The notes under the pieces: model-generated
Databases searched by the model: none
The model's input: the letters and a program-made list of their open reading frames with translations, nothing else
What the model was told of the DNA's origin: nothing
Shown: in pieces, positions 39,250 through 52,400 of the stretch
Position numbering within the stretch: position 1 is the stretch's first letter
Layout of the letters: each line of letters opens with the position of its first letter
Source of the DNA: Octopus vulgaris
Taxonomy: Eukaryota
Direction of reading: 5' to 3'
Assembly: GCA_951406725.2 (NCBI GenBank)
Contig: OX597831.1
Coordinates: 11,966,001-12,030,000, forward strand
DNA length: 64,000 bases
Made by a program: the position numbers and the translations under genes

Positions 39250-40586
39250 GTATAAGATCAGTGCGATGCTTAATGACCAGTTCAAAAGTGTCTTTACCAC
39301 CCCGTTGGAACACAGACAAGTGAACAAACCAGTGGACTTCTTTGCCGCCTCACCTATAACCAGTGAGGAGGTTACAATAGAATGTATTGACATTAGCGAA
39401 AAAGATATCCTACTAGCCATAGATGAAGTGGACACAAACTCAGCTGCTGGTCTAGATGGTTTCCCAGCCATCCTCCTCAAAGTGTGTAAGCATGCCCTGG
39501 CAAAACCCCTCAAGATTCTCTTCCAGAGCTTTCTTGCGAATGGCAAACTGCCAAGCAAGCTGAAGGAGGGAATAATATACCCAATACATAAAGATGCCAA
39601 AAATGATAGGCCTATCTCTCTGACTTCACACATCAGCAAAGTCATGGAACGGATTGTCAGAAAGAAACTAATTGCATTCCTTGAGGAAAATAACTTGCTG
39701 AGTGATACCCAGCATGGTTTTCGACCAGGTAGGAGTTGCCTGACCCAGCTCTTACAACATTATGACTGGGTGTTGAGGCAGTTACTTAACAAATCAAATG
39801 TGGACGTAATCTACCTTGATTTTGCAAAAGCTTTTGACAAGGTGGATCATGGTATGATATGCCACAAACTGCGTGACCTTGGCATAGCTGGAAAACTTGG
39901 AGTGTGGTTACATGACTTCCTGAAAGATAGGAGTCAGGCAGTACTGGTTAATGGAGCCACCTCTATGAACACACAAATAGTGAGCAGTGTTCCACAGGGC
40001 ACTGTCTTGGGACCACTGCTTTTTATAGTGGCCCTCTCAGATATGCCCTCAAATGCCCGGATAGCCACTCTGGCCAGCTATGCAGACGATACGAAAGTCT
40101 CGCAGAAGATACAGAACCCCAGCGATGTTGCACACCTGCAGCAGGAGTTGGACTCAATCTACAGATAGGCTGAGGATAATAATATGCAGTTTAATGTAAG
40201 CTACACCAATGCTAGAACGGGACGACACTGCATAGTGCCAAAGATCCCAGCAATGCCATCACGCTTCAGGACCAGCTTCTGCAACAGCCTGGGTTTCAAG
40301 GGCCCACAGCTTTTTAATATTCTCCCAAAGAGTCTGAGGAACTTGCACAAAGTAGATGTAGCGGTTTTTAAATCAAAGCTGGACATCTTCCTGTCAAGAG
40401 TCCCAGATGAACCTACCTCACGGCAAGAGGTGCAAATGAGGGTAGCTATATCAAACTCCATTCTTCACCAAGTGCCACATATTAGAGGAGGTTCTTCATA
40501 ATAACAGTGAAGCACAAAACGGCGGTGCATCAGCATGGCCGCAGCTCTGAGCTGAAACTAGAATTTTAAAAAAACAAAAAAAAAAA
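39250..40586 (+). mobile_element. 5'-truncated, internally deleted CR1/L2-group LINE with RT pseudogene
   Basis: RPISLTS, QHGFRPGRSC, YLDFAKAFDKVDH, VPQGTVLGPLLF, YADD (40079-40090); W-to-stop at 40166-40168; A-rich tail; candidate TSD ACATACATATACAT at 39236-39249 and 40587-40600. Confidence 0.92.
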
Positions 40587-41046
40587 ACATACATATACAT
40601 ATATATAAATATCCACTAGCTTTTTTTATCCTCTCTCTGTTTATTTTCTCTTCCTTTCTGTTGATGAGTGTAGGCTCAACATGTAAAAGACTTTCTTATT
40701 TTTCCTGAGCATCAAACTAATTCACCTGCTTGTTGTTCATACATATGACTTCATCTTTTGTTTTTCTATAAATTTCAATTATACATATATGTATATATAT
40801 ATATGGTACTGCTCAGGTGTCGAAAACATAATGGTATCCGTGGGGCAGCCGATGATGGAGGTATGTTGGATTGTTAGTATGGCTGTAGAATAATATTATA
40901 ATAATACATCCTTTTGATATATATACACCCACACACATACATGCATATATATGAATATACTGTAGTTGTTATTTCTATATTTGTATCGATAGAATAAAGT
41001 GTTAATCAATTTTCTCCATTTCTGTCTTTTCTTTTTTTGTTTCCAG

Positions 41047-41151
41047 ATTGCCCAGTAGACTGTCCCTTTGAAGCGTTTGTAGAACTTACAAAAGATGCCA
41101 TCCCAACAGATTGGCTGAAAGAATGCCAAATTCCTGCATTATTTGAAACAT
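41047..41151 (+). CDS. ACP2: Acid phosphatase exon 10 (DCPVDCPFEAFVELTKDAIPTDWLKECQIPALFET)
   Basis: ttccAG acceptor; CxxxCPxxxF and PxDWxxEC motifs; donor GTAAGA, phase 1. Confidence 0.95.
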
Positions 41152-42858
41152 GTAAGACTTCAAAACCCATTTCGTTTTTCACAGTTTTATATTACTATGA
41201 CTGTTGTCATCATTTCACATCTGTTTTCCATGCTGGCATGGGTTAGACGGTTTGACAGGATTTGACGAGCCAGCAGACTGCACCAAGCTCCAAATTCCTT
41301 CCAAAAGACAAGGGAGAAAGCACAACACCCTTGACCCCTGAATGTTATTAATAGAGTGGATTCCGTTACTGATACTCAAGGGCCAGTTCATGATTTGAAA
41401 CCATGTTGTATATTATATGTTGACTGTTAAAGAACAGGAATGGTTTCTAAAGAGTAGGCTTTCCCACAGTTTCCATTCTTCTTCTTATTGCACTCTTTCC
41501 TCCTGTGTTCCTATCTCACAAGGATAATCCTTGCTGTTTCATCTTTACTGTCATCATCATCATCATCATCGTCGTCATCGTCATCATCATTTGACATCCA
41601 CGTTTCTGTTTGCATGGATCAGATGTATGATACCATTCATCTTTGACATCATCATCACTATCATCGTTATCATTTTAGTTTTCTACTTTTCCATGCATGC
41701 TTGGGGGGAAGGGGGGGTCAGACGCAGGTATGTTGGAGCAGAGTTTTCTACATCTGGGTGCGTTTCCTGTCACCAACCTTCACTTGTTTCTAAGTGGAGG
41801 CATGTGGCTTAGTGGTCAGGGTGTTGGATTCTTGATCGTAAGATTGTGGTTTCGATTCTTGGACTGGGCGACGTATTGTGTTCTTGAGCAAGACACTTCA
41901 TTTCACGTTGCTCCAGTCCACTTAGCTGGACTGAGTAACAGATTGGCATCCCATAAGCTTTTGTTCTGTCAAACAGCTCAAAACTGGAAGCAAATGACAT
42001 CCTATGAATGAGCCTTTTGTTTACAACGATTGCGCAATATATCAAGAAGCCTGGACAATACAGTATTTACTTCAGATATAGTTATGTAGGACTGCATTAT
42101 CTAATGTGTCTTTATATTTTTTTCAGACAGTAGTTTATGACTTGAAAGAGATAATTAGGCTGCTATTTCTAGCACAGTGTGACCCCATACGGGTGTCTCT
42201 CTCTCACTGGCTTTAGGCTTACAGCTTATTGATTTTCTAAATAATAGCATGTTTGATTAACTTTAGATAATCCCCAGGCACCGTCTGCATTGCAAGCAAT
42301 CCATGTGTGGCTATTAACATCTCTGGTGCATTAAATAGCTCATTAACTGCTTAATTAGCCAACTATAAATAAATAGTTAATTATGGAAGAAAACACTGCA
42401 TTAGTTCAACAACTAATATTATTTGTATTATTTTTACCATTTGAATCATTGGAACATTGAACATAGACCCTAATTCCTGCTGGAATTTTTTCCAGTTGTT
42501 TACATTCTGTGTTGAAGCCCTGTTAATTTTGCCTTTCATCCCTCTGACTGGTACTTAAAATTAAGTACCATTCAAGTACTGAGGTTGATGCAGTCAACAA
42601 ACCTTCCCTAAAAAGTACAAAATTTCGACCTTGTGCCTATTTTAGGGGCTGTTGTTATAGACCGGATCATTAGGGCATCAAACAAAGTGCTAGGTCTCAT
42701 TTCTTCTTGTTTTACATTCTGAGATCAAATGTTGCTAAAGGCAATCTCACCTTTCATCCATTTGGGGTTAGTATAAGTACTAATTGAACTCTGGGGTTGG
42801 TGTAATCAATTTTCCTCTCACACCAAAATTACCGTCTTTATCATCATCGTCCTTATCC

Positions 42859-42896
<38 letters not shown>

Positions 42897-43079
42897 GCTG
42901 GTGCCATATAAAAAGCACCCAGTACACTCAATAAAGTGGTTAGCATTAAGAAGGGCATCCAGTCCTAGAAACTATGACAAAAGCCTGATGTAGCCCCCCC
43001 ACCCACCCCAGCTCCCCAGCTCCAGTTAAACCATCCAACCCGTGCCAGCATGAAAAACAGGACATTAAATGATGATGAT

Positions 43080-43960
43080 ATTATAAGGTATGTAAACTTG
43101 TTGACATATTTGACTTTGTCTTTTCTGAGATTAACAAGAAGTTGTGCTTGGGCTCCACCAATTGACATGGCTTTGTTCTTTTCAGCACTAATCTGCAGAC
43201 TTGCTGGCACCCCCCAAACTGAAAAGGCTATCCATCATAGCCTGTAGCATATATCTCTGTCAGAGCTTAGTAATGCCAAGTCATCTGTGAAGTTCAAAGC
43301 CATCAGTTTGCCTAGTCCCCATGTTATTCCGAAATTGGTGCTTTCCATCACTTTCCACATGATTAAATCAATTGATTTCAGGAGCAGAAATGGCAGGAGG
43401 CGCAATGGCCCAGTGGTTAGGGTAACGGACTCGCGGTTTCGATTCCCAGACCGGGCGTTGTTTATTGAGCGAAAACACCTAAAGCTCCACGAGGCTCCGT
43501 TGGGGTTGGGGTTGGTGGTGACCCCTGTTGTACTTTTTCTCTCCAACTTTCTCTCACTCTTTCTTCCTGTTTCTTGTCCCGGACTTCCTACGCAACCACT
43601 GAACCTGGATGCGCATTCATCCATCCATCGATGCTCCCGGTGTCGGGGATTGACATGCTTTCTCTTCTGCGGGTCTTACGAATAGCAAAGGACCACGTTT
43701 CGGACTTCTCCCACTCTGGGACGAAGACTGCTTCACTCAACAAACAAATAAACAAACAAGCAGAAACAGCAAGAAGATGCCACCCTGTCTCATTCCAGTA
43801 GCAATTTCAAACATGTCAGTGGTTCTGTTGCTTGTCTTCATGCAACACTGTAAGTTCCTATCCAGGGATTTGAAGATGGTGAGACATCTGCCCAGGACCC
43901 CATAGGCTTTCAAGATATTCTAGAGTGTTTCTCGATACACAAAAGCCTATGTATTGATCA
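43080..43960 (-). mobile_element. Degenerate RTE-type RT fragment interrupted by a SINE
   Basis: Minus strand reads NILKAYGV..TGMRQGGIL, LNFTDDLALL, VNKFTYL. Confidence 0.78.
43396..43758 (+). mobile_element. Chimeric SINE: family A head with a different body and (CAAA)n tail
   Basis: First ~180 bp match 21894 onward, then unrelated sequence; approximate TSD AGCAGAAA on both sides. Confidence 0.75.
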
Positions 43961-44145
43961 ATCTAGTACTGTTCCCTTAATTAGGGTCTATGTTACAAGA
44001 TCCAAAACACCCAATGACCCCATGATACCACACTGATGATGGGTCAAAGTATTGCATCTATAGCTGTACATTGAACTTTTTTATTTTGATATTTCCTACA
44101 TTTTTCTAAATATTGATTACAATTTCATATTTTCACATTTTTCAG

Positions 44146-44291
44146 GGTTCTGGATAATGATCATCTCATTCTGTCTGCTATGCCTTCTGCTGGTCACACT
44201 CTTCTGGTTCCATATGCAAAGGAAACACAATCAAGACAAATATGCTTCCTTACTTAGTGAAGATTCAGAAATGAATTATTCCAGCAATTGA
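44146..44291 (+). CDS. ACP2: Acid phosphatase exon 11 (WFWIMIISFCLLCLLLVTLFWFHMQRKHNQDKYASLLSEDSEMNYSSN*; TM helix and cytosolic tail)
   Basis: ttttcAG acceptor in matching phase; 22-aa hydrophobic run, basic stop-transfer residues, YxxL motif, TGA at 44289-44291. Confidence 0.9.
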
Positions 44292-44894
44292 AAGAAAGGA
44301 AAATGCACACAAAAAAAGCCAAAAAAGACCCACAAGCATCCAAAAGAAATTTTAATGCGAAAAAAAAAAGAATTTGTATATATTTTTATAAGTCATAATC
44401 TCTTCTTAAGATAAATTCTATTTTTTTTCTATTTATTTTTTTAACATTCCCATTTTAAATTGTTGGACAAGAATAGTTTAAAAAATTTTAAATTAACTTT
44501 TACTCTTATTTTTAATTTCCTATTTTAATTGTGGAAATCTTATTTTTGATGTTTCCAACAAACAACATTGACTGATTGAACCACATTATTTCAAAACATT
44601 AAACCGTGAAAAAGGAATTTAGACAACAACAGCAACAATACACACAAAATATGTAAGCAATGAACTCAAAAAAGAAGACAACCCTTGAGGGACAAATTCT
44701 AACAAATGTTTAAAGCTTAAAAAGGAGCTGAAAGGCTACACACACACACACATGATAATGTTGTGGGGTGTTTAACCTATAAAGGTATCAGAAGTGTTAC
44801 TTAGAAGTAGGTGTGGAGGGTAGGACTAGGATGAAACTGTATCTACGTATTTACTTTAAAAAAGATGTTAAGTGATGATGAGGTGTATGCACAA

Positions 44895-44928
<34 letters not shown>

Positions 44929-45030
44929 TTATATATATATATATTAATAATGTGACAACAAAAGAATGAATGAAACCTCAATATTATGTAAAATAGAGGA
45001 ATTTATCTATAATGTGACAATTAGTTGGTT

Positions 45031-45101
45031 GTCATAATAAAACTCAGAGTTTCAGATGTCAGGGCTGAAAACTGCTTTGGCATCTCATCAGTTATTAAGA
45101 C
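45031..45101 (-). ncRNA. Candidate minimal type I hammerhead ribozyme
   Basis: Minus strand GUCUUAAUAA-CUGAUGA-GAUGCC..GACAUC-U-GAAA-CUCUGAG-UU-UUAUUAUGAC: stem I 9/10 bp, intact core, palindromic stem III. Confidence 0.62.
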
Positions 45102-46544
45102 AAAATGCTATGAGAAAAATAAAAACCCATTGAATAAAGGGAAATTACTCTAATAGGCATGGTGAAAGTAATACTTCATTCATAGATTCTGCATATGCAC
45201 ACATGTACACACACACTTACATGTATGTATATATATCTATATACATGCAAACACATATATACATAGATATGTCTACGCATACATGCACATACACACACAT
45301 ATATACCCATGCACGCATCACTACACTCATATCTACATCTCAACACACACATACATATGCAGATATACAAAACATAGTTTATATGCACATGCATATACAT
45401 ACATGGAAAACGTACACACAAATAAAAAAATGCATGCATCATTATGTTCATATTCACATCTCTATATGCATATACACATACATACACATCTTCACCATTG
45501 TTTCCTCTCCCTTGTTCTCCTTTCTCTTCCTAACTGGAATGTCCCCATGTCTACTCTGCAGCAAGACACCTCTCCTTGTTCCTCTTTACCTTTAATCTTT
45601 CTGACCACATAAACCCATCCTTGCCTCAGAACTACACCTCTCTCCCAACCAAGCAATTTTGTCCTGCAAGTTGCTTGGTGACCCCTGTCAATGTTGGTGC
45701 CACATGAATAGTACTGTTGTTGGTGCCACGTAATAAAGCACCCAGTGCCCTGTGCAAGGTGGTTGGCATCAGGAAAGGCATCCCGCTTTGTAGAAACCAT
45801 GCCGAAACAGACAACAGAGCATAGTCAGCTCCTGTCAAATTGTCCAACCCATGCCAGCATGGAAAACGGTTGTTAAATGATGATGATGATGATGATATAC
45901 CTCTCTTCTTACCTACCTATATACATTCATATATTCATACATACATACATTGATGGATAGATTTTGTCCCTTTTTCCTGAACTCTGTCAGCTACACCAAT
46001 TCTGTGTTTTCACCCTGTCCGTGTGTATATATCATCATCATCATCATTGTTTAACGTCAGTTTTCCATGGTGGCATGGGTTGGACGGCTTGACTGGGGTC
46101 TGGGAAGCCAGGAGGCTGCACCAGGCTCCAAGTCTGATCTGGCAGTGTTTCTATGGCTGGATGCCCTTCCTAACTCAACCACTCCGTGAGTATAGTGGGT
46201 ATTTTTCACATGCCATTGGCACAGGGGCCAGAGGGGTCTGGCATTGACCATGGTCGGATGGTGCTTTCTCATGCCACCAGCACAGGAGCCAGTCAAGGTG
46301 GTGCTGGCATCAACCACATTCAGATGGTGCTTTTTATGTAGCACTGGCACACATATATATATATGTTTTTTAATCTCCATCTCAATTTCATTTGAGGACT
46401 TCTTTTCTTGCAGTTCTATAAACCCTTTTGTCTCCATAAAAAGAGACAAAATTTATTTCTTGTCATGTACATATATATTACACACATAAATACATACATG
46501 TATATTTGTATATGCATCTTACATACATACAGACATACATTTGG

Positions 46545-46578
<34 letters not shown>

Positions 46579-46579
<1 letters not shown>

Positions 46580-46842
46580 AGAGTTAAGGAATGGAGTGGA
46601 TAAGATCCAGGCAACATATGTTTCATAGTGAGCGGAACCTCGGAAATGGTAAATATCAAAGTGATGTGTAAACCGCAGGCTACTCTTCAGGCCAAGGGTA
46701 TCTTGATTAAATGAAAGTTTACATTGTCTCACGGAGTTACATGTTTACACATGAAAAATCTTCCATGTGTAAACATGTATCTCCTTGGATATTTCACACC
46801 TACGTAGCCTAGATCTTATCTGCTCCATTCCTTAGCTCTTAT
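46579..46842. mobile_element. Penelope-like repeat with ~37-bp inverted segments
   Basis: aagagttaaggaatggagtggataagatccaggcaac vs gtagcctagatcttatctgctccattccttagctctt; contains a hammerhead fold. Confidence 0.55.
46607..46697 (-). ncRNA. Candidate minimal type I hammerhead ribozyme
   Basis: Minus strand UUGGC-CUGAAGA-GUAG..GCGG..CCGC..CUAU-GAAA-CAUAUG-UU-GCCUGG; palindromic stem III ACAUAUGU. Confidence 0.6.
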
Positions 46843-47080
46843 ATTCTGACTCGCATACTCAGCATACTTGGTCACCTGCTGTGAAATATAAAAAGAACTT
46901 TTTTCAGTTTATCGTATTTCCATATGAAAAAAATCCACAACCTTCCGTCTCAATAAACCACTATTTTCCCTGAAAGTTGTTTTTTCATATTTACTACAGA
47001 TTGCTTGAAGCTAACTTTCTTCCTACACTTTGATCCCTGGATCTTATATATATATATTTACAGACATACACACATATATA

Positions 47081-47300
47081 CATTAATCCCTCGCCATATC
47101 ACGGTTCACCCATCACAGTTTATTATTTAAGCTTATGTCAACTCGTCTTTGGTGTTGTTTTGCATCTATAATAAAATAAATAAATACAAATTAAAAAAAT
47201 AATAGAAACAAATATACAGTACTGTATCTACTTCAAGGATTTTCACCTGTCGCAGACGGGGTTTGGAACATGACACCCACAATAATAAAAAGGATTATTG
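47081..47300. mobile_element. Tc1/mariner (Tigger-like) MITE, degenerate
   Basis: TA-CATTAATCCCTCG ... AGGATTATTG imperfect TIRs. Confidence 0.5.
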
Positions 47301-47301
47301 G

Positions 47302-47347
<46 letters not shown>

Positions 47348-47375
47348 ACACACACACATACACACGTATATATAT

Positions 47376-47584
47376 CTCTTTTATTCTCTTACTTGTTTCA
47401 GTCTTTTGACTGCGGCCATGCTGGAGCACCGCCTTTAGTTGAAGAAATCAAACCCAGGACTTATTCTTTGTAAGCCTAGTATTTATTCTATCGGTCTCTT
47501 TTGTTGAACTGCTAAGTTACAGAGATGCAAACACACCAGCATCGGTTGTCAAGTGATGTTGGGGGGACAATCACAGACACACAA

Positions 47585-47646
<62 letters not shown>

Positions 47647-47778
47647 ACAAAGGGCTTCTTTCAGATTCCATCTACCAAATCTACTTACAAGGCTGTGGTC
47701 GGCCCAAGGTGCCACGCAGTGGGAATGAACCCGAAACCATGTAGTTGGTAAGCAAGCTACTTACCACACAGCCACTCC
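47376..47778 (-). mobile_element. tRNA-head SINE family C
   Basis: Homologous to 56035-56425, with internal (CA)/(TA) microsatellite. Confidence 0.85.
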
Positions 47779-48226
47779 ATATATATAATATTTGTATGTT
47801 ATCGAAGAACAACATTTGGATAGTTTCTCCTTCCTTTTTTCTTTTCTTTTTTTCTTTCTTTAATATGGTCAAAAAAAACAATACTAAAACAATTTAAATT
47901 CCTTCAGCAACTGTTTTCATTGTTTTTGTACTTAAAGCAAAGTGGAAAATGATTCAACCATTTGACTACACAGTTATCTCCCTTATATTCACTTTGGTAG
48001 GGTCCCAAAAGATCAGAGATCAGAGATTGTGAGGTTCACCATTTGTAATGGCCCTTTAACATACACCCTGCTTCCTTCCCCTTTCTGTACACTCTTCCTT
48101 CAAAAGAGACAGATTTGTTCTTGCTGCCATTTTCCTTTCACCTCATATCTCTTACATCTAGCTTTCCACCTGTTCTTCTCAAATATTTCTCTGCGGGTTT
48201 TATCTGTTTCTCATCGTCCTCCAGAC

Positions 48227-49070
48227 CAGTGCTTCTCAATCAGGGTCCATATATGATTTTTGAGGATCTGCTCAAGCAATATAGTAGTTAAGGAACCCAG
48301 ACAAGTAGTTTAAGTGTCCATGAAAGATTTTAATTATGTGTTTGTTGGCTGGGTTTGTTTCTCTTTTGCATACTTTGACATGTTTTTGGCCCCTGGAACA
48401 TCTCTCAGGGAGTCCTATTGCAAATCTATACAAATGTTGCTGTGTGGTAAGAAGTTTGCTTCCCAACCACATGGTTCTGGGTTCAGTCCCACTCTGTGGC
48501 ACCTTGGGCAAGTGTCTTCTATAGATTTGGGCCAATCAAAGCCTTGTGAGTGGATTTGGAAACTGAATGAAACCTGTCATATATATATATATGTTTGTAG
48601 GGTGGTGAGCTGGCAGAACCGTTAGCACACCAGGTGAAATGCTTCGCGTTATTTCGTCTGCCGTTGTCTGTCCTTGTTTGTCCTCTCTATGTTTAGCTCA
48701 TTGTGGGCAATAAAGAAATTATATATGTTTGTGCCTTTGTTTGTCCTCCCAACATCGCTTGACAACCAATGTCGGTGTCTTTACGCCCCTGTATCTTTGC
48801 AGCACTGCAAAATAGACCAAGAAAATAAGTCCTGGAGTCGATTTGCTTGACTAAAGATGGTGCTCCAGCACGGCCACAGTCAAATGTCTGAAACAGATAA
48901 ACGAATGTAAAAAAGTGGATGTGTGAAAAACAAAATAAGAATTTTGAAAGAATTATCAATAAAGCTAGGTTTTAAAACTTGAATGGTTTGGGGTGGGGAG
49001 TAGGGGTCCATCAAAATAAAATAGCAGCCTAAGGGGTCTAAAACTAAAAAGAAAAAATGGTTGAGAACCA
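48227..49070. mobile_element. hAT-like MITE with nested SINE C and SINE B copies
   Basis: CAGTGCTTCTCAA ... GGTTGAGAACCAC ends; a similar end occurs near 23390; SINE B at about 48600-48718 lies inside SINE C at about 48437-48900. Confidence 0.55.
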
Positions 49071-49451
49071 CACATTTTATCAGTGTTGTGTGATTTTTAC
49101 CAATTTCTTCAACTTTTCTTCTTTTCAGTAAATTCCTGCATTTTTCTCTCTTCCTCAAATCATTTAAATTTTCCATCTTTCTTAAGAGAAACGTCTTCAC
49201 ACCCTTATATACAATTTTTGTGAATTTGAATACACTACAATATACATCAATAACATTTCTAGATTCCTCTTGCCATCCGATGTCTTTAACCTGTTAAAAC
49301 TCGCACCACCACACACCTCCCCACATACATGCTTTCACCCACACCACCTAAAGATCATAAACGTACATCAACACCATATTTCTAGATATATGTGCAACAC
49401 ATGTATGTCCAGATTTGTATAAATTTTCTTTTATTTTACTTCTTTCAGTCA

Positions 49452-52400
49452 TTTCATATATTTCACGCTTGTGTATGAAATACAATCACTTCATACGTTT
49501 CACTCCTGTGTATGAAATTCATGCACTTCATATGATTCACGCTTGTGTATGAAATACATGCACTTCATACACAAGCATGAAATGTAGGATGTGATTGAAT
49601 TTCATACGCAAGAGTGAAAGGTATGAAGTGCGTGAATTCCATACACAAGCGTGAAATGTGCGAAGTGATTGAATTGCATACACAAGCATTTGACAATTGA
49701 AGGAGTTGAATTAAATACACAAGTATGAAGCATGAAGTAATTGAATTTCATACACAAGAATGAAATCTATGCAGCTATTGAATTTAATACACAAGTGTGA
49801 AGAGCATGAAGTGTATGAATTGCAGACAGAAGTATGAAACGTAGGAAGTAATTGAATTTCATGTACAAGCTTGAAACTTATGAAGTGCATGTATTTCATA
49901 CACAGTGTGAAAAGTATGTGGTGACTGAATTTCATACACAAGTGTGAAACGTATGACGTGCATGAATTTCATACACATGCATGAAATGTATGAAGTGCTT
50001 GAATTTCATAAACAAGCCTGAAACGTGTATGAATTTCATACACAAACGCGAAACTTATGAAGTGATTCAATTTCGTGCAAGAGAGTGAAACGTATGAGTT
50101 GCATGTATTTCATATACAAGAGTGAAATGTATGAAATGCATGAACTTCATACACAAACGTAAAATGTATGAAGTGACTGAATTTGATACACAAGCATGAA
50201 ACATGAAGTAATTGAATTTCATACATAAGTGTCAAACTTCTGAAGTGATCGAATTTCATACATAAGTGTCAAACTTCTGAAGTGATCGAATTTCATATTG
50301 AATTGTGAAATATAAGAAGTGATTAAATTTCATACAGAAGCGTGAAACTTATGGATTGAGATTCATATACTAGCGTGAGACATGAAATGATTGAAGTCAT
50401 ACACAAGCGTGAAACGTATGAAGTGATTCAGTTTCATAAACAAGTGTAAAACGTATGGAGTGCATGAATTTCATGCACAAGTGTGAAACGTATGGATTGA
50501 GTCTCATACACTAGCGTGAAACATATTTAATAGTTGTGTTTCAAAAACAAGCATGAAACATGAACTACATGAATTTCATACACAAACGTAAAAGGTACGA
50601 AGTGATTGAATTTCATGCACAAGAGCGAAACGTATGAATTACATGACTTTCATACACAAGCATTTCACATATGAAGTGATTGAATTTCCTGCACAGGAAT
50701 TAAACTTATAAAGTGTATGAATTTCATACGCAAGCGTGAAAATTATGAAGTCATTAAATTTCATGCATAAGTGTGAAACGTATGGAGTGCATGAATTTCA
50801 TACAAAATCGTGAAAAGTATGAAGTGCATGAATTTCCCACACAAGTGTGAAACGTATGAAGTGATTGAATTACATACACAAGCGTGAAACACATAAATTT
50901 AATACACAAGAGTGAAATGTATGAAGTGAGTGAATTTCACACACAATCTTCAAACGTATGGATTGAGTTTCATAAAATACATGAAAATATTAAATAATTG
51001 CATTTCTCAAACAAGAGTGAAACGTATAAAGTGCATGAATTTCATACACAAGCGTGAAACGTGCAAAGTGATTGAATTTCATACACAAGTATGAAGCATG
51101 AGGTGATTGAATTTCATACACAAGGGTGAAATCTCTGCAGCAATTGAATTTCATGCACAAGTGTGAAACGCATGAAGTGCATGAACTGCACACACAAGCG
51201 TGAAACGTATGAAGTAATTCAATTTCATACACAAGCTTTAAACTTATGAAGTGATTGAATTTATTGTACAAGAGTGAAACATAAGGTGCATGTATTTCAT
51301 ACACAGTGTGAAACGTATGAATTGATTAAATTTCATAAACAGTCGTGAAACATATTAAGTGATTGTATTTCATACACAAGTGTGACACGTATGGAGTGAT
51401 TGAATTGGGTATACAAACGTGAAATATATGAAGTGCATGAATTTCATGCACACACGTGAAACATTGAATTTCATGCACAAGAGTAAAACCTGTGAGGTGC
51501 ATCATTTTCACACAGAAGCGTGAAACCTCTGACGGGATTGAATTCTATGCACGTATGGAGAGCATGAATTTCATACACAAGCATGAAACTTATGAAATCA
51601 TAGGATTTCATAGACAAGAATGAAAGGTATGAAGTGATCGAATTTCATGCATAATTGTGAAATGTATGACGAGTATGAATTTCATACACAACCGTTTAAT
51701 GTATGAAGGGATTGAATTTAATACACAACCGTGAAATATATTAAGGGATTGCATGTGAAATGTATGAAGTAATTGAATTTCTTGCACAACAGTGAAACGA
51801 TTGAAGTGATTAAATTTCATACACAAGTGTGAAATATACGAATTGATTTATTCCGTACAAAAAAGTGAAACGCTTGAATTGCATGAATTTCATACACACA
51901 CGTGAAATGTGTGAAGTGATAGAATTTTGTATACAGGCGTTTAAGGCATGAAGTGATTGAATATCATGAACACGAGTGATCATGATATTCAAGGTATTAA
52001 GTGGTTGTATATCATACACAAAGTGAAAGGTATCCAGTGCATAAATTTCATATACAAACGTAAAGCTTGTGTATGAAATTCATGCACGTGATCATTTCAC
52101 GCTTGTGTAAGAAAATTATTCACTACATACGTTTCACCTTTGTGTATGAAATTCATGCACTTCATACATTTCACACTTGTGTATGAAATTCAATCTCGTC
52201 ATAAGTTTCACGCTTGAGTATGAAATTCATGCATGGGAACACTTCAAGCTTGTGTATGAAATTGGTGTACTTCATAGATTTCAACCTTTTGTATGAAATT
52301 CGTGTACTTCATACATTTCACGCCTGTGTACGAAATTCAAACATTTCATACGTTTCATGCTTGCATATGAAATTCATGCATTTCATACGTTTCAGGCTTG

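Noticed and set aside
39224-40168. Functional reverse transcriptase
   Set aside because: The start Met comes from a microsatellite; no endonuclease domain; premature stop and internal deletion.
44292-45140. Polyadenylation site of the phosphatase gene
   Set aside because: Several AATAAA/ATTAAA candidates in AT-rich, repeat-derived sequence; none can be chosen without transcripts.
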